DNA from: Klebsormidium nitens
Lineage: Eukaryota > Plantae > Klebsormidiophyceae
DNA length: 49,824 bases
NCBI GenBank assembly: GCA_000708835.1
Contig: DF237575.1
Coordinates: forward strand, 1-49,824
Direction: 5' to 3'
Shown here: one piece after another, positions 12,101 through 24,560 of the stretch
Layout: the number at the start of each line of letters is the position of its first letter
Numbering within the stretch: the first letter of the stretch is position 1
Notes under the pieces: generated by a model
The model's database searches: none
What the model saw: only the letters and a program-made list of their open reading frames with translations
Told to the model about the DNA's origin: nothing
Program-made: the position numbers and the translations under genes

Positions 12101-15100
12101 TAAGCCTGCTCCGCTTAAACGCCTTATCCGATACTCCGCAGGCCCTCTCTTCGACGGGCATCGAAGCGGCGATTCTTGACGTGGAGACGCAGTTGTCCGC
12201 TTTGAAGCGTTCGATGACTCTTCTCATCAACGGTCAAGATAAGTTTGGCTCCTTCCAATCGACGTTCCTGGAGGCCCTGTCAACGGCCGAGGGCTTCGTA
12301 GATGGTGACGGTACTGGAGGGCTGATCAGCCAGCTAGAGGGCCTGCCTCTCAAGGTAAAAGCCCAGGGTCATCTGCAATGTTTGAAACTGTCACCATACA
12401 GCTGTCCTTGCCTTTCGAAAAGAGCTGACGCTATTTTCAGACCCTTTGCATGTCTGTAGCTTTTTTGGGACGGACATCTTTCCGAAACTGGTTGATCGTG
12501 CTCTTCTGGTTGCCGACCAATGTATGCAACGGTAGAACAGAAGCCGTTACAAACAGTCGAAAGAGAGCTCCGGGGTGAGAGTCCGATCCTGTCTCATTTT
12601 CAGAGACAACTCTTTCCTTCCGTACAGGGCTGTGTGCTTTGTCCTGGCGGCGCTCAATACCGCCAAGGACTGCTGGCGACGCTGAAGGACTTTCGGAGCG
12701 CTCTGCTGAACGTTACCGCCTTCTCCGCGGATCTGGATGCAATCCTGCAAGAATTCTCGAAGTGAGACGCAAAACCCTGTTATAGTTCGTGAATTTGTGC
12801 ATTTCTACCCTCTCGAACGTTCGATAAATGGTTCAACAACTTCGAGGGCTACGACTGAGCCTGTACGTATGCACCTCAAGTGACGTTAGAAAAGAAGGAA
12901 AACGGCAAGTGTCTAGCCGTCAACGCCAAACGAGAGAGTCTGCAATGTCATCTGTGCCCATGTCAATCTTGGGTTGCTCTTTCAAGATCGCCGCGTGACC
13001 AACTCATTAGTCGCCCACCCCCTGAACTCGGTTTCCTGTGACAAGCAACACCGACGGCTCGTTGGACACGTGGCCCACAAGCAGGCCGAATAGAGCAGCC
13101 TTCCTGCCCGTCCCGAAAGAGAGCAGTCGTCTTCTGGCCTGGTGCAGGTTCGAATATACCCGAACCGGTCTCTTACTGCGAGTTCGAGGGCAGCCATGCA
13201 TCGACGCTGGCTTGTCGCGCTCCACAGGACCTCTTTTTGAGCATCTTGTCCGACTTGCGCGCGCTTGCGGCCGGCATGCGCGCGCTCGATACTTCCCTCA
13301 TCCGATCGTGCTTTGATTCATAACCCTAAACCCTCTTTGCGCAGTTTGCCCGACCTGCGCGCGCTCCCGCCCAGCATGCGCGCGCTCGACGGCGCGCTCG
13401 TGGCGCTCCCCAGCTTCTCTCAGCTCGCAGCGAACCTGACGCTTTTGGACGGCGCATTGGCGTCCGGCGGCCTCTCCGGACTGTACGAAAGCATGCAGAT
13501 GATTCTTAAGTCTCCGGAGACCGTGAACGCTGCTCTTGGAACACTCAGGTGAGAATAGTTGTGCTTCATCCGATTGCGGGCAAAAGGATCGGCCCTTCGT
13601 AACCTCGAAAAGCACGAAGATAATACATGGTTCTATGGAGACGGTGAACTCCGTTTTGGAAACACTCAAGTGGGGAGATTGTGATTCAAAGGTTCGAGGG
13701 AAACATAGACCATCGTAGGAGTGTGCGAAAAAGAGATTGACAAAGATGGAAGCATTGTGACACATGGAGAAGCAGAGAGGACAGGTAAAGGCGGGCTTAT
13801 CAGCGGTTGGAATCCAGTTCATTCCCTTGCACTCAACTCATACCGTTCACGCAAAGTAATGCGAACGGTCCGAAAGTCTTCAGCCACAGAAAAGATCCAC
13901 AGAAATTGTGGTTCGGCTCTTGCTTACACACTTTAGACAAGGAGGATTTTTGATGCCGTCTTTTGACGTTGAGCTTTCCTATCCTCGCGGTTTACGGAGA
14001 GATGATGACGTCGTCGTCCACGTGCAGCGCCCTGTCCGGCAACCTGACCCAGCTGAACGGCGCCATCGACACGTACGGTCCGTGCGTCCGAAACATCCGC
14101 GAGCAGCTGGACGTCGTCAACACCACGCTCGTGCACCTGCCGCACGTGAGCCGCGTAAACCGCTTTTTGGTATATTCAAACCCAAGATTGTCGGGATGAG
14201 GTTGACGGGCCTCAAGTTTGGTCGAAGTAGCCGCGCAAACGTGAGTAGGTGTCGAAGGTGGCGTCTTTAGATCCATATCGCCTCTCACCGGAACAATATC
14301 ACAGCTTTACCTAAGAACCGCCCGCGTTTTTCGTCCTTGGCCGCAGAACCTGGACGGCGTCCGCAAACGGCTCCAAGGGATTCGGACGCACCCGCTGATT
14401 CTGCCAAACTTCTTTGTGATCGAGGTAAGCAAGCTTGCATTCCAAAACGCCTTTCGCAAATGCACTTAAAATCCCTTTTGCGCACCCTTGAATGAGGAGC
14501 TAGCTCGCTTAGATTTCAATGGTGCGGGATTGTGTAGGTGACAGTATTACCGATCCTTCAAGGCGCTCTTTCCTGCTTTGAACCTCTGAAGTACGTGAAT
14601 CTGTGACTTCTCATAAGCAATCCTGTGCGTGTCAGATTGAAAGCCGGTATAAGCGTTCGAGACCAGGTTATCGCACCCTTAGCTTTCTTGAGTCCGCTTG
14701 CAAATCTTACTCGCGCTCATAGTTGCACGTTTCTTGCAGAACTCTCTGCAAAGCTTCCTCTTGAGCGTCCAAATGGTGCTCCCCATCATCGGACAATACC
14801 AGGGCCCCTTCGCGCGCGCGGTCAATCTCACGAATCAGGTGATGCTTGCAGCCATGATACAGGGTTCAAATGCTTCTCAAACTCCGACGGCGAACAGGTT
14901 CGAACTCGTCACATCAGCTTTCCGCTTGTACTTTCTTTGAACAAATTTGAAGGTGCTCTGTCAGAGTTTTCGAAGTCGGTCGACGTACTGACCTCGCAGT
15001 TTGCCCCAAGCTTTGCAACGGGTTGCCAGCGTTCTGCTCCATGTATGTTTCGACCGTGCGATAAGACGGCTGCCCATCCTTAGGTAACAATTATATAAAC

Positions 15101-18100
15101 TTTGTGGACGCTGCCATATGTCAGCTTGCCCGATATGCTATTGTGTCTCCTTACAGCTTACCGGTGATCTGAGTCCGGCCAACCTCACCAATCGAGCGAG
15201 CGCGCTCGCGCACAAGACGTGGAGCCTCGAGCTCCAGGCCGCGCAGGTCGACGCGGCCGCGCCCGCGCTCGCGCAGCTGAACACGTCAGCACTGCAGCTG
15301 CAGAGAGTGCTGCGAAGCGTTGCAGGTGATTGAGACTCCTTGAAGTTGGCGAACCCTCTCGTGCACGTTCACAGTCGTGTCGCTAGCTAACTAAGTCACC
15401 GGCTTCCATTTTTGTAAAAGCAATCGATCAAAGAATATCCACCTGTGCCTGCGGGAATTTCAGTGCTTGGAGACCAGTGAGCTTTTTGTATCAATTATCA
15501 CAACGGAAACGACTGTGGTTGTAATACATTTTGCATAATCGTCGAAGAAGAAAAGAGTCTCGGGCTCCCCGAACATTTCATTCAAGGGACCAACATTGAT
15601 TGCCTCATTCCTTTCAGCCTTGATCCGGGCAAAGCTAAGGCACTGTGAGTTCTCAACCGGCCTTCGTACATTAACACGGCTACTTGACTTACCCTTTCCG
15701 TTCCTATCTTTCGAACCAGACTCCCTTTCTTAACCCTCTCCATTATCCTTCTCTAGATGCCAAGGCCCCGCTGCTTACGGCGCTGGGCATTGCCCTCTCC
15801 CCCTCAGCCACCGACAGCGCAACCCTCCTCAAAACGGGGCCTCAGCTCATTCCGGCCATCACCGCGTTCCGGTCAGCGGCCGGAACCGCGTTGGCCGGCA
15901 CTCTACCGAATATCGCGGCTCTTTCTGCGGGGCTTAGCCCACTCCCGGGTTTGGAAGAACACGTGCGAGACCTGCAGGGTTATCAAGCAAACATCGAGGT
16001 GTTTGCTAAACCCGCACTCAGCGATCTGGTGAGGATCGAGCGTTTTAAGGTCTTCTCTAGCCATAGGCAGCGAAAACTTTCCTGCAGGTTGAAAAGTGAC
16101 GCCTACTGAGATTTCTTGCGTGATCCTTCGCAGAAAGCTGGCTATCTGCCGGCAACCTTTGAATCTTTGGACCTTGTTGGACAGGGCTTGTCAGTCTTGC
16201 GACCATCGGGATTTGAAGAATATAATTTTGATTTCTTCGAGGACTCAAAATCACTGACACCAAAAATCAGCCGGCTGCGAGCCTCGCTTCAGACCTGCAG
16301 AGAGGTCCTGCACTATGAGAGGAAAGCTTTCAGTTCTTCACCACTTCTTCGAGGATGACAAATATCGAGACCGGCCGCCTGAGCAAGAAATCGGCTGACC
16401 CTCATTTCCTCTCTTGTGAGCCGCAGCTTGTCGGCCTGGCGGGCGCGCTCCAAGCCCTGCCAAACCTCGCTGACGTCAGCGCGTTGTGGGGCCAGCTGTC
16501 GTTCCAGGCGCCCGCCGCGCCGCTGAACCTGACGTCAGCAATCGCGGCCGCGCGCCGCGTGGGCGCGCAGCGCCTCATGAGCGCCGAAAACTTCACGACC
16601 GTGTACCAGTACCTGGACAGGGTGCGTCAGCGTGACGTCACAAGCACTCAACACATTTTTAAGATGGAGCCAAGAGGCCATGTGATTGACAGGAAAGCAA
16701 GGTTTCGAGAGGAAAGGGTGTTATAAAGCCCGATCGAAACAGCGGCAAACTCGTCGAGGGAAACTAGATAAAGTCCACTCGTTCCTATTTTTGACGACGG
16801 CGTCGGGGGATCGGTCCCCCTGACGTCAAACGGCGACTGTATTGTTTGCCCCTCTGCACTTGCGTCGCCGACAGGCTCAAGTAAGTTAGCGGTGACAGTC
16901 TCCGAGCCCAGGTCTCGAAACGGGTTCTGACGTTTTGGGCCAACCCGGTCATACGCCCTCTTTAGTGCCAACTCGCGGAGCCTGGCCGGAGTCACGCATA
17001 GCTCTGCTTAAATAAAACGCTTCAACTCTTTCCGCAGGCGGACGATCTTCTCTACGGCTCCGGTGACGTTATCCTGACGCAGCTCGAGCCGGCGTCCGTG
17101 CACGCCTCCCTGACCGCGAACGGAACGGGAGCCGCCGCGACCGGAATCCTGGACGCCTTCAACCGGGTCTACAACCTCGCAACTGGGGACAATTCCTCGA
17201 CCGGTGATCCGTTCGATTCCGCTGCGATACGAACCGGTCTGAAGATCGTCGGCCGGATTGGTGCCGGTCCAAACGCGTCCCGCGATTCCGCGGCGTATCT
17301 GGCGAGAGTGGCGGACGTTGCGAATGGAACGGCGGAAGTAGAACGGAACGGTAAGCGCGACTATGCGCAGAAAGCCATTGATGTCAGATAAAATTTTCAG
17401 ACGCCTCTTCCGAAACAGCTCCCTCATCACATTTTTCTGCCATAGACCTCTCGATAAACTTATGTTGGGGTGTGATTTGTGCAGCAAGATGTCAGTTACA
17501 GAGGATCTTGAAAAGTGGTAACTTACAAAGCCCTTACTGAAACCACAAATTCAGACGCTAAGACAGCAAACAAGCGAGCCCTCAGGTGCACCCGTTTCGT
17601 TGGGCCACACGTACAGATCCGTTTCCGCTGCGTTACAGGTTCCGCCGGAAGGTACTTCACGTTCCATGGCGCGTCCTGCCTGACGGACGACTGCCTGTCC
17701 AATTCCATCGACCTCCTGTTTAAGGGATCCCTCTCGCAAGCGGCTGACGTCATCTTCGGTGAGCCCGCTGTGACTCGACAGAAGCTGAACCCTCCAAGAT
17801 CTCCGAAGCGCTTTGGCTAGTAGGTGGAAGCTGCTCTTCGCAGCGCATGAAGAGCGGCTGTTATAGAAGAGCGACCGACGGGGAAAGCCTCATAAAAGCG
17901 AAACTATTACAGCTCTGCATGTGAGCAGATCAGCTTTGTACGCAGTTGCAGCCCTTTATGAAAACAAAGTCTGATCTGGAGGACGGTCACGTTGGTCTCA
18001 TTTCTTACTCTCCTGGACTTTTGATTCGCAATGGAGCATCAACAGCTTTCCAACAAAATGACCATTCTTCTGGGTGATCTATATCTGTGACAAGAAGCTC

Positions 18101-21100
18101 TGATTATGCCGACCTTTGCTACTTGAAAGAGCCATCTGCTTCTGCTTCATGCAGAATGTGCAGAACAAATACCAGTAACTAATTCCTCCTGGACGCTGCC
18201 CGGTTGCAGGTACCGGGGCACTATCGGCCTGGCAGCTCTCCATCCAGGGTACCTTGGTCATAGCGTATGTCGTCCCCGCGTCCGCGGCCGCGCTTGCCGC
18301 GCTGAGCATCGTCTTCGCGAGGCCGTGGCTGGCCATTACCGTCGCCGCTACGGTGACGGTTATCAGTCCGTTTGCGTTGCTTATCAGCGGAGCGCTCGAA
18401 GCGCCAATCGGTGAGACTCCTAACACCGGTCAACCATTCATTTGCATCTACTAGTTCATGGAGCGGGACTGTTGTAATCGATCTCGCTGAGCTTTCGAGC
18501 AATGAAAACAGGACTCAGAAAGATCCGGTATAAGGCTTCCTGCTTCTGCCAGTGATTTCGCACTCACCCAACTGCAAGTGAGATAAGAAGATGACAAGCT
18601 ACGTGGTGCTTGTATAATGAGAATAACGCTCTGATGCCTCACCTCTTAGGCGAGTCGTCTCCTATCCGTTGGTCAACTCAGATGTAACCGCTTGCTTTGT
18701 CCTTCGTTAAGATGAGGTTTGCGTCCGACGCATTGTCAGCAGCTTATGCGGACGTCCGGATGTGGTGTAGGTCTTTTGGCTGCGGACGCTTGCGGCTCGT
18801 TCGCCAGCCTGACGGTCAAGCTGCTCGACACGACAGCCGCCGACTACCACGTGAGCTTTGCCGCTCGATCTGAACCTCTTCTGACGCTCACTGACCGAGA
18901 GATGCGAAGAAATACTGGAAATTATCACCAGGTATCGAGAGCCTCGACTCAGCTACTATTCGCGCTCGGAAGACCTTCCTTCTGCTGAGGTCTCGAGTCA
19001 AAGTGTTCTCCATATTGTTGTCGAAGTCCGCGTCGAGTTTTCGGCCACACGGCGGATAGCTCAAAATGTCAATGACTCACGTCTGAGCGAACGAATGCGA
19101 ATTGATGTCAAAGACGTCAAAGGGCAACCAAAGAGATCTAGGGTTTCAATATGAGCATCAAAACCAGTCGAGAGATGGTGAGTAATGCTGCGTTCAGAAG
19201 CAAAGCGAACCAAATGAATGTTGTCTCTCCTAAAGCTGCGCGTTTGAAGTTGAGTTCTCCGTGCTTCCAGATGGCCCTCTCGAACCAGTCCGTTGTAATA
19301 AACCCCGGCGCGGTTGCGGCCGCGGTCTTAGGCGGGGAGTGCGCAGCGGCGAACGACGTCACGGCCATGTGGCACAACGTCAGCAGGGCGGTCGTGCCGT
19401 ACTTTCCGACACTAACGGCGTCATGGCTGGGGTCACCTGACGTTACACAGGGCTTCCAGGCGGGGCAGAAACTGGACGTGAGTGACGTCAAATAGGTGCT
19501 GCAAAGAATAAGAAACTTTTAATGCCAGCCCTACATTTCTTACAAATGCATTTGATCGATTGAACGGTTTCCGCTGCGTCCGCAGATGCATGTCCTAGGG
19601 CGCAACTCCGCACCCCCCAGTCCAGATGCGAACAATCTTGCGCTGTTTGATGTACGGGTTTCGGCAACCTTCGGCTTGAATCTACTCGCAAACTTCCTCT
19701 TAAGTCCCTGGAATGCACCAAATTAAACTAAGCGTGCACCTATGATAATTGCAGGCGATTGTACGGAACGGCTCCGCGGAGCTGGGCGCTCTCCTCAAGC
19801 AACTCGTCCAGAGCGGCGAGAGCACGGCCAGCTGCCAACGGGTAAGTCACGCCACTCTAGTTTCTCCTATGTGTCACTGATTCATTCCGTGAAATAAATT
19901 GCTTGCGAGCGTCCGTTGCTCCCAAAGAGGACTGCCCGTATGTGCGTGTTTTCTGCTCTTTGTCGTCAAGGCCTAAAAGTTGAGGCACTAGAGATGGCGT
20001 TGAGTTCAGTGCTTCCTTAGATCAGTACTTAAGCTCAGTTCACCGTCCACGGCCCAGGGCTGCTGCAAGTGAGGGTCCTTCTCCAGGTCTCAGACCCGTT
20101 GCTTTCAGTCGCTTATCCTTCGCAAGTCGAATTCTTCCAGACGCTGAATGCTCTTCGCGAGATTCATCGACAACGTGCGCAACAACTCGCAAGCCATTCA
20201 ATGACTATTTTCGCTGCGGGTCAGGACCAGTCATTGCAGGCTTGCTCGCGCGCATATGGTAACCAGTTGCAAGGCCCCGTAAACCACCTGCCCCCTTTTA
20301 CGCTGCAGATACACGAGGCGTACCTCGACATCCACGGGGCCTTCTGCTGCGACTTCGTGAACTCAGTGCAGTGGTACTTCGGAAGCTGGTACATCATTTC
20401 GCTTCTTATGCTCTTCGTGGGCACCCCCGCTTCTCTCTTAGCCGCCCGGTACTGCCCCCGGTGGAAACCGGCCCCGGGAAACCCGGAAGAGGTGCCTGCC
20501 GCCACAGGCTTGGCCGGCGGAAGCCAAGACGATCCCGCTCCAGTCAGAGCGCCGAGTTCGTTGGCAGAGCTTACCCAAGAAGAGGAAGCGGATCGCTTAT
20601 CCGAAGGACCGGTTTTGGAAGGGTCACCCAGTCCCGAAATACGAGAGTCTTCCAACGCGAGCGGGATGCGGTGGGAGAAGCTGGGAGGTGACGTCAGGCC
20701 CCGGGAAAAGCGGGCGGTTGGGTACGTGCCTTGGAGCGCCACGTGGGCGTCGGCCAAGGCTCGGGACCCCCTGGCCGGGCCGTCTCGCTCTAGTTCGCTC
20801 GATCCGAACAGCGAAGCATCAACGGCTGTGAGACAAGCGGGTGCCGTCTTACACCAGAGCCAGGGGCCTGATATGAAGGCCCCGTTAGTGGCGAATCAGA
20901 GCAAACCAAGTACGTTGCCTGAAAACGGATCGAACGAGCAGTGCAGGCAATCAACGGAAACGAATGAGGAGGGTTCCGGCGGAAAGCGGAAGCTGCTCCG
21001 CGGTTCGGCAGGTTCTTCGCGGAACCAGCTCTGGGGCGCCCTTGCGAGGGCGGGCTCTTGGAGGCAGGGTGGAAAGGGGCGGTCAGACCCTTCGGCTTGA
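9137..21100 (+). CDS. Large 5-TM membrane glycoprotein of the Tweety/prominin-like superfamily, ~1,380 aa modelled, 5' exon(s) not resolved
   Basis: About 20 GC-rich exons: 9137-9346, 9962-10233, 10626-10797, 11150-11297, 11678-11769, 12142-12354, 12628-12761, 13345-13548, ~13990-14153, 14740-14838, 15157-15325, 15757-16028, 16427-16621, 17038-17350, 17639-17758, 18210-18410, 18771-18850, 19271-19477, 19755-19841, 20309-21100. All junctions are phase-consistent except 13548->~13990. Hydrophobic helices: IYSYIGLALALLSTLVLFATLVWLCL; ILLGFYALATVCFIFVGVF; TLVIAYVVPASAAALAALSIVF; WLAITVAATVTVISPFALLISGAL; WYIISLLMLFVGTPASLLA. There are many N-x-S/T sites, a DAC motif after TM4, and SCQRIHEAYLDIHGAFCCDFV before TM5, resembling the Tweety C..LH..Y......C.D motif. 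The gene model is more secure than the family call. Confidence 0.7.
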
Positions 21101-22549
21101 TGACCAAACTAACAACCATAGAAAGACATATACTATACCTACGACAATAACGCTGAAAGTCTAGGCTTCGCTTAGGTGTACCTTGGTGGGACCTGGAAAT
21201 GAGACTTTCCTCGCCCAACCGGTGCTTGAATACCCTTAGAGCCCAACAAAAGTACGAAGAAGAACCGTGACCCAGCTCCCTAACTACTTTAACAAGAACG
21301 AGCTTGCTTGATTTTAAAAGAAGCGACCGAGCCTCTACGTGTTTCAGTTCTACTTTTTCATCATTAGCGTAGCCAGCAGTCTACTGACGCACAAGACAGC
21401 AGAGACGGGCCATTTCAACCCTAACAGAGTTGCATTGCAGATCGGTCGTAATTAGTAAGTAAGAGGCGTACGACCGGAGTACTCGCGGCATTGCACTCGC
21501 GGCATTGCACCACTCCGACGTTCCCAATATGATTGCCTCCGCTGCGTGAGCTCGTGAGCATTGAATTTTCGGGTAAGTACGCATCCTGAAGATCTACCGA
21601 TACAGCACGGCAGGAACGCAGGGTTCAAAAGTACAGCTGATACCTGTAAATAAGCCTCATTCACGCCTTTTCTTACTGCCCGGCATGGGTTAGTGCAGGC
21701 TGGACTAGCAGGGGTGGATGAGAGCCAAAGCAAACATAACCTGACCTTAACGCACGTCCGGGTTTTTCGCTCAGCCATTTGCTGGGAGCCCGGTAAAAGA
21801 ATGTTTCGAAGTGGCAGGGAGATATTGGAGATGGCGCTACTCCGCCGTGAAGGGGTACTGCATCAGGAGACTCTTGGCATGTCCGACGGCGGTGCGCCGA
21901 TCTTGGTGCGATGTACGAAGTAAGCGATAAGCGAGTAATACCCTTTCGAGCTCGACGATATCGAGCTTGAAATCCCCCTTGAAACTCCGCTCTCGCGCGA
22001 CTATTCGCTCTCATTCATTGACGGCCATCGACATCGCCAAGCTGCTCTATCTCATATTGGCATATCTACGACCGTACTAAGCCACGCTAGCGTTGTCCAC
22101 GTTGTCCTTCTGTACTTCGGCAATGCAGGAAGCAGGGGATTATCGAAACATGCAATAGAAGTCAAGATAACGGTAAACTTTTCAACTTTGTGTATGACTT
22201 GACTTCTGCATACCCTGCCAGTGGGCAGCATATGCATGGATGATGGAAGCGTGCAATGCGCGGGCGGCGGGTCGCGGGCCGCGGCATCGATGTGTACGGT
22301 CACGATAACCGTACGACGTGACGGCCAGCTGGCAGCGCATCTCAGATTCCTGCATTGGCTGTAACCGGTGGTGTCGACATGATTCAAGGCAGCGCACGCA
22401 ATCCGACTTTTTCTGGTTTGACACTTGAAAGTTGAAGAAACCTGTTTGGCTGACCCAACGTACTGGTAGTGTAGACAATGAACCTGCATTGTGTTGGTAC
22501 CTGTGCTGTACCCGGTCCACACCTACCTTAGATAAATTCTACAGACTGC

Positions 22550-24560
22550 CTACCTACCGCATGTATGATGTAGGTAGACCGTAGTACCGGTACCGCCAAA
22601 ATCCCTGCAAGCCCATGCATCTTGAAGGGCGCCTGCCGCATCTCGATGCGCGTCAGTGGTACCGGTTCGGTACCTTGCCTGGAGTCTGGAGTCTGGATTC
22701 TAGACTCAGCTTTAGACTTGCCTTTCATGTGGACCTCCGACCAAGGTTGGTACCGGAGGTGACGGTACCCAATCAACGTGTAATCACAACGTGCATGATG
22801 ACGGGGTCACGAGACACAGCGGTCGGAATAGAAAGTACACGAGCCCACTTCGGAGCACTTCCTACCGGGCGATGGGCGATTCAGGAACTTGGCCCGAATC
22901 GTACAGGGAGTACTACCTAGTAGAGAGTCGAGACTACCGGTCCAAAAAGTGTCTATCGCGCTTGCCCGCCTGGCCGCCCGGGAGTCGGTTCCCCGAGAAC
23001 CAATTCGCCTGTTGCAGACTCTCGAGTCTCCTTTGGTACGTACCGCCTTGTCCGAAATCGATTTGCCGGGTGCGGCAAATCAATCGAAGATATTATATGG
23101 ACATGCTATAGTTGACTTTTGAAATGTGCCTCGCAATTCGTAGCCGTACAGCTCCGACGATGCCTTCCTTACGTCATGATCTGCAAAGGAAGATACGCGA
23201 TCTAATTTGTGGCTATGTGTCGGCATGATTGCAGGGCCCCGGCTTCGGCGCAGATCCCGGAAAGAAAAATGGAACCGTGCGATGGGGTTTCTTCAAGTAG
23301 GTGGGAGATCGTAAGACGCGGCACTCCTATGATGGGGCCATCATGGGCGCCGGGCGGGCCTGTCAGACGATAGATCTCACTGCTCAGTGCTCACTGCTCA
23401 GTGTGCAGCCTGCACTGTGCAGTTTGTACCGTACGGTAGTACCTACCGGTATGTACCTACCGTAATGTGCTGGTCACCGGTGTGCACACTGCAGTGTGCA
23501 CTGCACTGTCACGATACAGTTGAAACTTGAGACTCGAGAGTCTGAGTCGAGACTCGAGACCATGAAATGGCGCGGGAGAGCCTCTGGACTCCGAGTTTGG
23601 AGTCTGGAGTGAGTCCGACTCGGAGTCACCAACGGTTGTCCGAACTAGGCTACTACCTACCGGTAGTAGAACAACCGGCCAGATACTATACCTACGCGCA
23701 CTTTGATGGATTGGTATGATTCGCTGACGCAAGACACGAAGATGGTTTAAGACTCCTTGCATTTGACACTTGTTCGAACTCTTAACCAACTATTGAGAGG
23801 TACCCGACAAAATCGTGTTTGAAATATACCACAGTTTTACTAACTGCCTGAAGGTAGTATAGTTGGTCTAAGGTGATTTTTAGGGGACCGGATTGATGGT
23901 TATGGATGGTTATGGATGGTTAAGGGCTTCAGTTAATAGCATGTTTAATAGCCCGGTAGTATAGCATTCAAACACCTGGGTTATACAATCCGCGTGCCAA
24001 CTTGGCTCAGTTGGGGTTCATGACGTCCGCGCATCTGCTCGCTGGCCATGTGAGCTATGCACAATGATTGCAAAGGTCCCAACTTGCTGAATGGAAATAT
24101 TCCCAAAATTCAGGCCAAAATTCAGGTCCGCTCACTTTCCGTCGCCTTGTGTCCAGACGGCCGCGTGCGATTGGCTTCTAGACGCAAGCTTCGTCATAGG
24201 TGGCATCATTCAATGATGATTCGCGTAACATTCGTACCAGATGGCACCGTTTGCGAAGTCGACAGAGACGACCGGTAGCCTGGCGGTGGTAGGTAGGGCT
24301 TTTCGCTCCAACTTCCCTGTTCCCATTTGCCATTGGCCAACTGTGACCCTCTCGACCAGTCTAGATCTGCTTTCTTATCACCTTCTCTAGAGCTCTAGCA
24401 GCTGCGCAGCCTAACATCAGGTAGGTACCTGCTCGCTCTGGTATAATACCAGGTATGGCATTGGTAGCTGGCTGTACCTACCTACCTGCGGCCCAGATTC
24501 CACCCTGGGGCCTTCAGGAAGGTCTACATGGAAAGGTACCTGGGTACATAAGTGTTACTT
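22550..24560. repeat. Intergenic low-complexity mosaic of short words and their reverse complements, with microduplications
   Basis: Blocks built from GAGTC/GACTC (23529-23630), GTAG/CTAC/GTAC (22570-22680, 23425-23465, 24420-24550) and TGCAC/GTGCA/CAGT (23376-23510). Includes the exact duplication CTCACTGCTCAGTG x2 (23376-23403) and GATGGTTATG x~3 (23895-23922). Confidence 0.6.

Noticed and set aside
13321-13334. Telomere-like TAACCCTAAACCCT, and GGTTAGGG at ~42901 and ~48486, as interstitial telomeric repeats
   Set aside because: Each lies ~20-45 nt upstream of a 3' splice site in the sense orientation and contains CTAAC/CTAAA, so they are better explained as intron branch-point regions.
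20069-20308. 5' part of the 343-aa ORF 20069..21100 as coding
   Set aside because: The acceptor CTTTTACGCTGCAG| at 20308 joins SCQR to IHEAYLD and restores the Cys motif spacing, so the upstream part is intron that happens to be open.
21452-22014. Minus-strand ORFs and a short protein-like frame (FKGDFKLDIVELERVLLAYRLL…)
   Set aside because: Short, bounded by stops, and without an identifiable start, splice context or domain.
24001-24060. tRNA-like A-box TGGCTCAGTTGG, and a similar GGCTTAGCTCAG at ~37520
   Set aside because: No acceptor stem, anticodon arm or correctly spaced T-loop could be folded.
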